From a virus, in IMG/VR virus record IMGVR_UViG_3300013111_000325, positions 1-64,000 of that record: DNA of 64,000 nucleotides, one strand, 5' to 3'. Under the pieces are notes generated by a model, which saw nothing but the letters and a program-made list of their open reading frames with translations, did not search any database and was not told the origin of the DNA. This document shows, in pieces, positions 19,235 to 28,436 of this stretch; within the stretch, counting starts at the first letter, position 1, and each line of letters begins with the position of its first letter. Both the position numbers and the translations under genes were made by a program.

Positions 19235-20835
19235 AACATTTTTATGAACGTAACGATTATGTTTTAAATCATGAAGTCAACAAAACATTTGAAGAAATTC
19301 TTTGGATGTCAGATGATGAATTTCGTCAATGGTTGACTGATATGAGAAAGACAATTGCATATGCTTGGGATGAACTTGGATTGCCACCAAGAGTTGGTTG
19401 GAATGAAAAAGATATCATAGACCAATTCAATAAGATGTCATCGTTTCCTGTTCATGAGATGGACAAAGGTGATAACATAGTTCGTAATACATCTGTCATC
19501 GGTAATGCTTGTAATCAGTTTTTTCCGACAATGATGAAGACTAGAATTAATTATTCTAAAAATGATGATGGTCTTTCAATTTACGACCATTTTGTAGATG
19601 ATAAACTATCTGAAAAAGTTTACAAGTATTCACATCGTCACTTCAAGCGTGATAGTTTTTATGAATATTCACAAACTGTTCCGACAAATGCTGAGACTAA
19701 AGATTTTTTGATATCAGCAAAAACTGGTAAAGAATGGATTCAAAATTTTGAAAAAAGTTTTAGAAATAAAAAAGTAACAATAAGAAAAAAAGGTAAAGAG
19801 GGTGCAGAAAAAGGTGTTGTATTTCAAGAAGATGTTGAATATGATTATTGGATCGCACCTCATTCAGAAGATACAGAATATACTGGTCATAATAAAGATC
19901 TTGTAGGAGTAAAATGGTGTACACTTACAAAAAATGAAATTCACGAATTGAATATTCCTGAAAAATGTTTAGTCAATGCTAAACTTGATGAAAATGATTT
20001 ATTTCGTATTCGTTTGTTCAAGTTTGGTCAGAGAATATTTCCTGTAGGTTTTAAGGCATTTCGTATTTCATGGTGTCAGTATGCAGTAAACTTTCCACCT
20101 CTTACCGCTAAATATTTGTATGAGAGATACACTGAACACATTAAAGAGCAGGATGTTATCAACATTTATGATCCTTCTAGCGGTTGGGGCGGTCGTATTC
20201 TTGGGGCTATGGCTGTCCGTGATGACCGTAATATCCACTATATTGGGACCGACCCAAACACGGATCATACGATTGAAGAACTGGGTATTACGAAGTATGA
20301 GTACCTTGCAAACTTTTTTAACGAAAATAAATATGGATCTCTTTTCCCGCACAACAATACCTATGAAATTTATCAACTCGGTTCGGAAGAAATCAGAAAT
20401 AATAAGCAGTTTCAAACGTACAGAGGAAAACTTGATATCGTTTTCACAAGTCCTCCATATTTTGCAAAAGAAGCCTATTCAGAAGACGAAGAACAATCTT
20501 ACAAAAAGTTCCCACAATACCAGTCTTGGGTAGACGGTTTTTTGAGACCAACTCTTGAAACATGTATTGAGTACCTAAGACCAAACAGATATTTGCTTTG
20601 GAATATTGCTGATGCAAAGTTTGGTCCTGACATGTTACCTCTTGAAGAAGACAGTAACAAGATATTGCGTGAGCATGGTATGGAGTTTGTTGAAGTTGTG
20701 AAGATGACATTGGCTTGGATGCCAGGCGGTAATCGTATTGGTGAGGATGGTAAGCCAAGTTACAAGAATGCAGTACAAGTTGAAGGTAAGTGGTTTAAAT
20801 ACGAACCGATATTTGTCTGGAAAAAACCAGCGTAA
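19231..20835 (+). CDS. DNA amino-methyltransferase-like protein (N6A/N4C type)
   Basis: YDPSSGWGGR SAM-binding motif and FTSPPYF catalytic motif. Confidence 0.8.
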   Translation: MKHFYERNDYVLNHEVNKTFEEILWMSDDEFRQWLTDMRKTIAYAWDELGLPPRVGWNEKDIIDQFNKMSSFPVHEMDKGDNIVRNTSVIGNACNQFFPTMMKTRINYSKNDDGLSIYDHFVDDKLSEKVYKYSHRHFKRDSFYEYSQTVPTNAETKDFLISAKTGKEWIQNFEKSFRNKKVTIRKKGKEGAEKGVVFQEDVEYDYWIAPHSEDTEYTGHNKDLVGVKWCTLTKNEIHELNIPEKCLVNAKLDENDLFRIRLFKFGQRIFPVGFKAFRISWCQYAVNFPPLTAKYLYERYTEHIKEQDVINIYDPSSGWGGRILGAMAVRDDRNIHYIGTDPNTDHTIEELGITKYEYLANFFNENKYGSLFPHNNTYEIYQLGSEEIRNNKQFQTYRGKLDIVFTSPPYFAKEAYSEDEEQSYKKFPQYQSWVDGFLRPTLETCIEYLRPNRYLLWNIADAKFGPDMLPLEEDSNKILREHGMEFVEVVKMTLAWMPGGNRIGEDGKPSYKNAVQVEGKWFKYEPIFVWKKPA

Positions 20836-20900
20836 CCCAAACAAAAATGACCCTCCGAGAATCCGGAGGGAAAAAATGCCGAAAAAGTTGGCTCAAAAAT
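20836..20900 (+). repeat. 65-bp dispersed A-tract repeat, copy 2
   Basis: Ungapped match to 4783-4847; contains the inverted repeat CCCTCCG-N6-CGGAGGG. Confidence 0.85.
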
Positions 20901-20910
20901 AAATAGAACA

Positions 20911-21348
20911 ATGATTAAAAATCTTTATTCTGCAAAACATGATGATAAATGGATTAAAATTATTGATAATATTGACTTTGATGTAAAACAATATCAAAAT
21001 TTTTATAATTATGTAGGTTATCAATTTTTACCAAAATTATACGACTATTCTATTATAGAGGGTAACAAAGCAAAATTTGTTATGGCTTATTTAGATGGAA
21101 AACAAGTAAGCATGAAAAATATTAGGGCATTATTTGATTTTGTGTGTCATACAATATTTCCTAGTTTCATGCAATGGACAATTTTAAATCGAAATCATAT
21201 GATTCGTGATAAAAAGGAAAATTTTTTTTATTATCACAACGACCTCAAACCTGAAAATTTTTTAGTGATTAAAAATAAATTTATGTTAATAGATATTGAT
21301 GCCATGTGTCTTACTAACATAAATGATAAAATATTTAAAATATATTAA
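20911..21348 (+). CDS. Minimal protein-kinase-like phosphotransferase
   Basis: HNDLKPENF catalytic loop and LIDID metal-binding motif. Confidence 0.6.
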   Translation: MIKNLYSAKHDDKWIKIIDNIDFDVKQYQNFYNYVGYQFLPKLYDYSIIEGNKAKFVMAYLDGKQVSMKNIRALFDFVCHTIFPSFMQWTILNRNHMIRDKKENFFYYHNDLKPENFLVIKNKFMLIDIDAMCLTNINDKIFKIY

Positions 21349-21356
21349 TTTTTTAA

Positions 21357-21432
21357 GCGAGTATAGTTCAGTTGGTAGAACGTTTGCTTGCCAAGCAAAA
21401 GGTCACGAGTTCGAATCTCGTTACTCGCTCCA
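21357..21432 (+). tRNA. tRNA-Gly(GCC)
   Basis: 76 nt; acceptor GCGAGTA/TACTCGC; anticodon arm TTTGC-TTGCCAA-GCAAA; TTCGAAT T-loop; encoded CCA. Confidence 0.97.
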
Positions 21433-21443
21433 CAAAAAAACCC

Positions 21444-21480
21444 TTGACAATTGAGCCTAGTTTGCTATTATATAAATGTA
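21444..21480 (+). promoter_or_regulatory. Early promoter (twin of 24014)
   Basis: TTGACAA-N10-TTTGCTATTATATAAATGTA. Confidence 0.8.
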
Positions 21481-21512
21481 GAGTGATAGAGAAACCTTAA
21501 CCAAGATATCTT

Positions 21513-23888
21513 ATGGATATTAGAGAATCAAAATCAATGTTGGCTAAACTGCTAGCCACAGAAAATATCAAAGTTGAACACGGTAATTATGAAACTGCCG
21601 CCTTTGATCCTAAAAAACGTGTGCTTTATCTTCCTATTTTCAAGTGGATGGACGGTGATGTCTATGACCTTCTTGTTCTTCATGAAGTGAGTCATGCACT
21701 TAATACCCCTGCTGATGGTTGGCATTCTTCTGCTAGTTCAAAAGGCAAAGGTTATAAGTCATTTCTTAATGTCACCGAAGATGCTCGTATTGAGAAGAAA
21801 ATCAAGCGAAGGTATCCTGGTGCTTCCAAATCGATGGTATTTGGGTATCGTGAATTGATGAAAAATGATTTCTTTGGTATCAGTCATGTAAATGTTGATA
21901 AACTGCCTCTCATTGACCGCATCAATCTTCACACAAAAGGTGGTGCTTCAATGGGCATTTCTTTTACCGAAGATGAAATGAAATGGGTTGATGAACTGAT
22001 GTCTCTTGAAACTTTTCCTGAGATTGTTGAGTTCACTGACCGACTTTATAATTATTGTGCAGAAAATGAAAGCATGACCGATGAACATGATTTCAACATG
22101 TTTTCAAGTGAAGGTTATGGTGAAGATGATGAAGAGTTTGAACCTGGTATGACTGGTGAGACACCATTTGAGTGGACTGAAGATTCTGATGAATCAATGT
22201 CTCAGTCAGGTATGCCTCAAAGTTCCGATGAAAATGAGGGTTCTGAAAGTGACAATTCTGATGGTCCTTCTGCTGAAACTGATGAATCATCAAAAGGTTC
22301 AGAAGAAACAAATTCTTCTTCTGGTAATTCACCTGCTGATAAATTTAAAGATGAATTTGAGAATGATGAGTCTGATGGTCAAGTCAATCCGTCAAACACT
22401 GTAGGTGCTGAAGGTGGTGTCAATACTGACATTAATCCGAATGCAGTTGCTGGTCCTCGTTCAATTACTGATGAATTTTTTCGCAGAAAAGAAACAGAAT
22501 TGAATGACAGTATTGATAGTGACAAAAAATATATTTATGCTAATCTTCCAAAACCAGTTCTTGAAAATATTGTTATTGATTACAAAAAATTGGCTCAGTT
22601 ACATGATAAGTATTATAATCAAGAACAACATTCAGGATATTGGGGCACAATGACACCATCAGAGTCATGGTCAACCGCTCCAAAACGATATAAGGAATTC
22701 CGTGAGCAAAATAAATCAATCGTTGATTATCTTGCCAAAGAGTTTGAGATGAAGAAACGTGCAGATGAGTACAAACGTACTGCATCGGCAAATACTGGTG
22801 TTCTTGAAACATCAAAACTGTATTCTTACAAGTATTCTGATAATCTTTTCAAGCGAGTGGCTACGGTTGCTAGTGGTAAAAATCATGGTCTTGTCATGTT
22901 TATTGACTGGTCTGGTTCAATGAGTGGAAACATGGCCGGTACAGTTGAACAAATGATGATACTTGTGATGTTCTGCAAGAAAGTAAATATTCCATTTGAT
23001 GTTTATGCTTTTACTGATAGAATATGGCGCACAAATAATGAACTTAATTCCTTTGATTCTGCCGATGAAAAGCCCAAATGGGATTATCAACCTGGTGATT
23101 TTTGTGAGCAAGAACATTTCAATCTCATGCAGTTGTTTTCAAGTAATATGTCAAATATTGAATTCAACAAAGCATGTTGGAATGCTATTAACATTCGTGA
23201 TTATTACAACGGTAAAGTCAATTGGCACTATAATGGTGGTAAGAGTCCTTCAATCCCTAGTCAATACTCTTTGGGTGGTACACCGTTGAATGCCGCCATT
23301 GTTGCAAGTCATGATCTGGTTCGCAAATTTAAGCGTGACCATAATGTTCAGATTGTCAATACTGTATTTCTTACAGATGGTGATTCAAATCAAGCAGGTT
23401 GTTATCTTGATTCAGAAGGCAAAGAACAACATATTGGTCGTAATGATCATTTAACAATCCGTGATACACTATCAAAATCAGAGATTGTACGATCCCAAAC
23501 AATGGGTTGGTCTGCTTCTCACCGAGCAACTACTGAATTGTTATTCAATTCTTTGCGTAAAGCAACTGGCGCAAATATCATCGGTTTCTTTCTTGTCAAT
23601 CGTCTTGATCGTCACAGAGCAGGTTATTACTCTACTGATAACAAATCATTTGAGAACATGATGGATTCATGGCGTAAAGAAAAATGCATTGTTGCTGAAA
23701 TTGACGGTTACGATAATCTCTATATAATTAAAGATGGTTCAGATTTGCAGATTGAAGAAAAATCAGAACTTGATAAGGTTGATGCTGGTTCTAAAAAATC
23801 TGCAATTCGTACCGCTTTCAAAAAAATGAACCGTAAAAAACTACGCAACCGTGTAGTTCTTAATAAATTCATTGAACAAGTAGCATAG
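21513..23888 (+). CDS. Metallopeptidase-motif / vWA protein (CobT-like partner of a MoxR ATPase)
   Basis: HEVSH and NVTEDARIE motifs; acidic linker; MIDAS DWSGSM, GGTPL and FLTDG. Confidence 0.85.
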   Translation: MDIRESKSMLAKLLATENIKVEHGNYETAAFDPKKRVLYLPIFKWMDGDVYDLLVLHEVSHALNTPADGWHSSASSKGKGYKSFLNVTEDARIEKKIKRRYPGASKSMVFGYRELMKNDFFGISHVNVDKLPLIDRINLHTKGGASMGISFTEDEMKWVDELMSLETFPEIVEFTDRLYNYCAENESMTDEHDFNMFSSEGYGEDDEEFEPGMTGETPFEWTEDSDESMSQSGMPQSSDENEGSESDNSDGPSAETDESSKGSEETNSSSGNSPADKFKDEFENDESDGQVNPSNTVGAEGGVNTDINPNAVAGPRSITDEFFRRKETELNDSIDSDKKYIYANLPKPVLENIVIDYKKLAQLHDKYYNQEQHSGYWGTMTPSESWSTAPKRYKEFREQNKSIVDYLAKEFEMKKRADEYKRTASANTGVLETSKLYSYKYSDNLFKRVATVASGKNHGLVMFIDWSGSMSGNMAGTVEQMMILVMFCKKVNIPFDVYAFTDRIWRTNNELNSFDSADEKPKWDYQPGDFCEQEHFNLMQLFSSNMSNIEFNKACWNAINIRDYYNGKVNWHYNGGKSPSIPSQYSLGGTPLNAAIVASHDLVRKFKRDHNVQIVNTVFLTDGDSNQAGCYLDSEGKEQHIGRNDHLTIRDTLSKSEIVRSQTMGWSASHRATTELLFNSLRKATGANIIGFFLVNRLDRHRAGYYSTDNKSFENMMDSWRKEKCIVAEIDGYDNLYIIKDGSDLQIEEKSELDKVDAGSKKSAIRTAFKKMNRKKLRNRVVLNKFIEQVA

Positions 23889-23898
23889 AGGTGTCAAA

Positions 23899-24030
23899 AT
23901 GTCAGAAGAAAAAGATGAAAAGGAAAAAGATGAACAGTATTATTCAGAAGAAGAATGGGGCGATATTCTTTTTGCAAAAGAAATGGCAATTAGAGATATT
24001 GCAGAAAAAACTCTTGACAAACCTGAATAA
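23899..24030 (+). CDS. Small acidic hypothetical protein (43 aa, not in the ORF track)
   Basis: GAGGT RBS; MSEEKDEKEKDEQYYSEEEWGDILF... Confidence 0.45.
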   Translation: MSEEKDEKEKDEQYYSEEEWGDILFAKEMAIRDIAEKTLDKPE

Positions 24031-24050
24031 TTTGCTATTATATAAATGTA
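24014..24050 (+). promoter_or_regulatory. Early promoter (twin of 21444)
   Basis: TTGACAA-N10-TTTGCTATTATATAAATGTA. Confidence 0.8.
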
Positions 24051-24084
24051 AGTGAGATTTTTAATTCTTTCGTAATGAGGTAAT

Positions 24085-25302
24085 ATGATATTGACTAGTA
24101 AACAACAAAAGTTTCTTGACCTTTTAAAATCTGAAGGTTTTGAAGATTCCTTGACAATGAGTGATATTAAGGAATTGAGAAAAAAACATGGAACTATAAC
24201 TTGCCAATGGCTGATGAAAGACCCCGTTTTTCGTATGTCTCGTGGTGTTTATCGCATTCCTAAAATTGCCGCTAATGGTGCAGTAGTTATGGGTGAAAGC
24301 ACTACTGCTCCTTTAACCGCAGAACCTGCTATGATCGCAACAAAGGTTGATGAGAAGGTCACACGTATTGAACCTTCACTTCCTACATCTATCACTAATA
24401 CTGAAGATGTCAGTTTTGTACCTGAGATTGACCGGACATTTATTCCGTTTGGTCAGTTCAAAGATATTCATAACATCATCAAATCAAATCTGTTTTATAC
24501 AGGTTTCATTACTGGTCTGTCTGGTAATGGAAAAACTTTTCTTGTTGAGCAGGCTTGTGCTAAAGCCAAACGTGAATTGTTTCGTGTCAATATCACCGTT
24601 GAGACTGATGAAGATGATCTTCTTGGTCACTACGTATTGATTGACGGCCAAACTGTATGGCAAGATGGTCCTGTCATTCAAGCCATGGATCGTGGTGCGG
24701 TCCTGCTTCTTGATGAAGTTGATCTTGCTTCTAACAAGATCATGTGTTTGCAACCAGTTCTTGAAGGTAAAGGTGTTTATGTCAAAAAAATTAATCGTTT
24801 TGTCAAACCCAAGACTGGTTTCAATGTGATTGCTACTGCAAACACTAAAGGTAAAGGTTCTGATGATGGTCGTTTCATTGGCACTAACATCCTCAATGAG
24901 GCTTTCCTTGAGCGTTTTGCAATTACTATTGAGCAAGAGTATCCTACTCCTGCTACCGAGAAGAAAATCCTCGTTGGTATTATGCAATCACTTGGGTGTT
25001 TTGATGAAGAGTTTGCACAGAAACTTGTAGATTGGGCAGACATTATCCGCAAGACATTCTATGATGGTGGTATTGATGAAATCATATCCACCAGGCGACT
25101 TGTTCACATCGTAAATGCATTCAAGATTTTCGGTGACCGAATGAAGTCAATCCAACTTTGTGTCAATCGTTTTGATGATGAAACAAAACAGGCATTTCTT
25201 GACCTGTACACCAAAGTTGATGGTGAAGTTAATAAACCTTCAGAAGAAACTTCAGAAGGAGGTGAATCCCAAGTTGATTCTGATGACAGAACACCTTTTT
25301 GA
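24085..25302 (+). CDS. MoxR/CobS-like AAA+ ATPase
   Basis: GLSGNGKT, LLLDEVD, ATANTKGKG and NEAFLERF motifs. Confidence 0.92.
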   Translation: MILTSKQQKFLDLLKSEGFEDSLTMSDIKELRKKHGTITCQWLMKDPVFRMSRGVYRIPKIAANGAVVMGESTTAPLTAEPAMIATKVDEKVTRIEPSLPTSITNTEDVSFVPEIDRTFIPFGQFKDIHNIIKSNLFYTGFITGLSGNGKTFLVEQACAKAKRELFRVNITVETDEDDLLGHYVLIDGQTVWQDGPVIQAMDRGAVLLLDEVDLASNKIMCLQPVLEGKGVYVKKINRFVKPKTGFNVIATANTKGKGSDDGRFIGTNILNEAFLERFAITIEQEYPTPATEKKILVGIMQSLGCFDEEFAQKLVDWADIIRKTFYDGGIDEIISTRRLVHIVNAFKIFGDRMKSIQLCVNRFDDETKQAFLDLYTKVDGEVNKPSEETSEGGESQVDSDDRTPF

Positions 25303-25315
25303 TTGACATATATAT

Positions 25316-25350
25316 AATAGGTGAGTTCAGCAGGGCTCACCTATTTTTTT
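25316..25350 (+). terminator. Rho-independent terminator
   Basis: AATAGGTGAG...CTCACCTATT stem followed by a T run. Confidence 0.85.
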
Positions 25351-25369
25351 ATTTACTCGTGAGAAAATC

Positions 25370-25630
25370 ATGGAAATTAATATTAATGGAAACGTGATTG
25401 TGAGACACCAATCAGTTCCCGAATGTCAATGGTGTGATAAAGCAAAAGAATTGTTTGAGGAAAATCAAGAAAAATATACAGTTATATATTCGGATAAACG
25501 ATTTTTTGGAGATTTGATGAAAATCACCAAATCTACTATGGTTCCTCAAATTTTCATCAAAGGAGAGTTTGTAGGTGACTATAATGGTATGGTAGAACAT
25601 TTAGAAAAGGAGAATAATGAAAGTACCTAA
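25370..25630 (+). CDS. Glutaredoxin
   Basis: CQWC active site; VPQIFIKGEFVGDY motif. Confidence 0.9.
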   Translation: MEININGNVIVRHQSVPECQWCDKAKELFEENQEKYTVIYSDKRFFGDLMKITKSTMVPQIFIKGEFVGDYNGMVEHLEKENNEST

Positions 25631-25749
25631 TACTAATTGGAAGATTAGAAGTAGAAAAAATGTGGATTGAAGAAGGTAAAAATCAAATTGGTACTGATTC
25701 AGACCCATATGAAATTACTAAACCAGAAAATATTTTAAATAACTTATGA
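25617..25749 (+). pseudogene. Internally deleted peroxiredoxin (Prx5/AhpC-TSA type) remnant
   Basis: AAGGAG RBS then MKVPNTNWKIR, joined out of frame to VEKMWIEEG...DSDPYEITKPENILNNL*, resembling the two termini of Prx5-type proteins. Confidence 0.65.
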
Positions 25750-25759
25750 TTAGGAGATT

Positions 25760-26773
25760 ATGCATTTAGAAGTGAAAGCAAGTGAATTGCAAAAAATTAA
25801 ATTATTTGTAGCAACACCTATGTATGGTGGACAATGTGCTGGTATGTATTCCAAAGCCGCCATTGACCTTGCTACAATGTGTGCTAACTATGGAGTTGAA
25901 TGTAGATTTTTCTTTATATTCAATGAATCACTCATTACAAGAGCAAGAAATTATCTTGTAGATGAGTTTTTGAGGGCCGAAGAATTTACGCATTTAATGT
26001 TTATAGATGCTGATATTAATTTTAATCCCAAAGATGTGTTGTCTCTCGCAGTGCTTTCACAACAAGAAGATAAACCTATCATTGGTGGTCCGTATGGTAA
26101 AAAATGTATTGCGTGGGAACGTATTCGTACCGCAGTTGACGTAGGCATTGCCGATGAAGATCCTAATGAACTATCAAAGTTTACAGGTGATTTTGTATTT
26201 AACCCTGTTCAAGGAACGAAAGAACTTCAAATTCATGAACCAGTAGAAGTATTAGAAATTGGTACAGGTTTTATGATGTGTAGACGAGAAGTATTTTCGC
26301 AATGGAAAGAGGCTTATCCTCAATTTGAGTACAAACCTGATCATAATCGTTCCGAACATTTCAAGGGTGATCGATACATTCATGCATATTTTGATACTGT
26401 TATCGATAATGAAAAATATATGCCTATGGGATCATCTAATAATTCAGATCGATATTTATCAGAAGATTATTCTTTTTGTCAATTGGCAAGACATATTGGT
26501 ATTAAGATTTGGTTATGTCCATGGATGAAACTCGGACATATCGGTACATATGTTTTTGATGGTACTATGGCAGATCTTGGCAGAGTTGATACATCTAATG
26601 CTTGGGCTCATAAAAATATGCAACAAGCACAACAAATGAGAAATGATAGAAAAACAGAAATTGAAAACGCAAGAGCGGTTCAAGAGATTGAGAACATAGA
26701 AAAACAAAGCGAAACAAGAAAGGAACGAAGATCAAAGGTAAAAAAGAAAAAAATAATTGACAAACGAATTTAA
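25760..26773 (+). CDS. Conserved phage protein with a GT-A (glycosyltransferase 2-like) fold
   Basis: ATPMYGG, NESLITRARN, MFIDADI (DxD), GTGFM and LSEDYSFC motifs. Confidence 0.7.
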   Translation: MHLEVKASELQKIKLFVATPMYGGQCAGMYSKAAIDLATMCANYGVECRFFFIFNESLITRARNYLVDEFLRAEEFTHLMFIDADINFNPKDVLSLAVLSQQEDKPIIGGPYGKKCIAWERIRTAVDVGIADEDPNELSKFTGDFVFNPVQGTKELQIHEPVEVLEIGTGFMMCRREVFSQWKEAYPQFEYKPDHNRSEHFKGDRYIHAYFDTVIDNEKYMPMGSSNNSDRYLSEDYSFCQLARHIGIKIWLCPWMKLGHIGTYVFDGTMADLGRVDTSNAWAHKNMQQAQQMRNDRKTEIENARAVQEIENIEKQSETRKERRSKVKKKKIIDKRI

Positions 26774-26784
26774 TATGTTATAAT
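26757..26784 (+). promoter_or_regulatory. sigma70-type promoter for the gp45 operon
   Basis: TTGACA-16 bp-TATAAT with TG extension. Confidence 0.8.
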
Positions 26785-26815
26785 ATACACATTACTAATT
26801 CAATATGGAGTTATT

Positions 26816-27484
26816 ATGAAATTAAGTGAAGAAACCCTTGCGGTTCTTAAAAACTTTTCTGCCATTAATAATGGTATCTTTTTTGAGCAAGGTAAAACAA
26901 TCAAAACAGTATCGCCACAAAAGTCGATACTAGTAGATGCAACGGTAGAAGAAGAATTTCCTTCTGATTTCGGTATCTACGACCTCAACAAATTTCTAGG
27001 TGCTCATTCTTTATTTGAGAGTCCTGAAATTTCATTTGAGGACAAATATCTAACTCTCACAAGTGACAAAACACAAGTAAATTATTCTTATTGTGATATA
27101 AGTTCAGTTGTGAGACCACCTAACAAAGAGGTAGCATTGCCTTCTGTAGATGTGACATTCAAGATGTCAAACACCGTGTATGATTCGGTAGTCAAGGCGG
27201 CACTTGTTCTGGGCGTGCCAGAGATTGCAATTGTTGGTGACAGTTCTCGTATCAAACTTGTTGCAAGTGAAAGCAAAAACACTATGAGTAACAAGTTCAG
27301 TTATGATATCGATGAAACTGATAAAACATTTTCTATGATTTTCAAGGTAGAAAATTTCAGTAAATTGATGAGTAGAAATTATATTGTATCTGTTTCTGCT
27401 CGTGGTCTTTCCAAATTTGAATCTGATGACGGTAAATTAACATATTATGTAGCAATTGAACCAAACTCAAATTTTGAGGGTTAA
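26816..27484 (+). CDS. gp45: Sliding clamp gp45
   Basis: MKLSEETLAVLKNFSAIN, FGIYDLNKFL and YYVAIE motifs. Confidence 0.95.
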   Translation: MKLSEETLAVLKNFSAINNGIFFEQGKTIKTVSPQKSILVDATVEEEFPSDFGIYDLNKFLGAHSLFESPEISFEDKYLTLTSDKTQVNYSYCDISSVVRPPNKEVALPSVDVTFKMSNTVYDSVVKAALVLGVPEIAIVGDSSRIKLVASESKNTMSNKFSYDIDETDKTFSMIFKVENFSKLMSRNYIVSVSARGLSKFESDDGKLTYYVAIEPNSNFEG

Positions 27485-28428
27485 TGCAAAATCGTGAATC
27501 ATTTCTTTGGGTTGAAAAATATCGGCCTAAAGAAATTTCGGAATGTATCCTACCAGACCATATTAAGCAAACATTTGAGGGTATCAAATCTCAAGGTCGT
27601 ATTCCTAATCTCATTCTCAATGGCGGTCCAGGTACTGGTAAAACTACTATTGCCAAAGCACTTTGTAATGAGGTTGGGTGTGATTATTTGTTTATTAATG
27701 GATCTGAAGAATCAGGTATTGATGTTCTGCGAACTAAAATTCGTGGTTATGCTTCTACTATGAGTTTTGATGGTGGTAGTAAAGTCGTAATACTTGATGA
27801 AGCAGATTATCTCAATCCACAATCTACACAACCTGCTTTGAGAGCCTTTATTGAAGAGTTTGAGAAGCATTGTACTTTTATTTTTACGTGTAATTATTCA
27901 AATCGTATTATATCACCATTGCATTCAAGATGTCAGGTCATTGACTTCAAGGTTGTTGCTGATGACAAGCAACGAATGGCTGGTGCATTTATGAAACGTG
28001 TTGGATATATATTAGACGAAGAGAAGATAGAGTACGATAAAAAGGTAGTTGCTGAAGTTATTATGAAACATTTTCCTGATAACAGGAGAGTGCTAAATGA
28101 ACTTCAGAAATACTCATCATCTGGTAAAATTGATGCTGGTATTCTCTCTCAGGTTGCCGAAGTCAATCTTAAAGAATTGATGTGGGCACTCAAAGAGAAA
28201 AAGTTTAATGATGTTCGTAAATGGGTTGCAGATAATGTTGATAATGATCCACAGAAAATCTTTCGCAAGATCTATGATGTTGCTTCCGAGTATGTCCAAC
28301 AATCTTCAATTCCGCAATTAATATTAATACTGGCAGACTATCAATATAAATCTGCATTTGCGGCCGATCAAGAATTAAATCTAGTGGCTTGTCTTACAGA
28401 AGTTATGGTAGAATGTCAGTTCAATTAA
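27484..28428 (+). CDS. gp44: Clamp loader large subunit gp44
   Basis: LWVEKYRP, GPGTGKTT, ILDEADYL and LHSRC motifs. Confidence 0.97.
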   Translation: MQNRESFLWVEKYRPKEISECILPDHIKQTFEGIKSQGRIPNLILNGGPGTGKTTIAKALCNEVGCDYLFINGSEESGIDVLRTKIRGYASTMSFDGGSKVVILDEADYLNPQSTQPALRAFIEEFEKHCTFIFTCNYSNRIISPLHSRCQVIDFKVVADDKQRMAGAFMKRVGYILDEEKIEYDKKVVAEVIMKHFPDNRRVLNELQKYSSSGKIDAGILSQVAEVNLKELMWALKEKKFNDVRKWVADNVDNDPQKIFRKIYDVASEYVQQSSIPQLILILADYQYKSAFAADQELNLVACLTEVMVECQFN

Positions 28429-28436
28429 GGAACTAA

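Noticed and set aside
21513-25302. True cobaltochelatase CobST for B12 synthesis
   Set aside because: No cobN or other cob genes in the window; the architecture fits the generic phage MoxR-vWA pair
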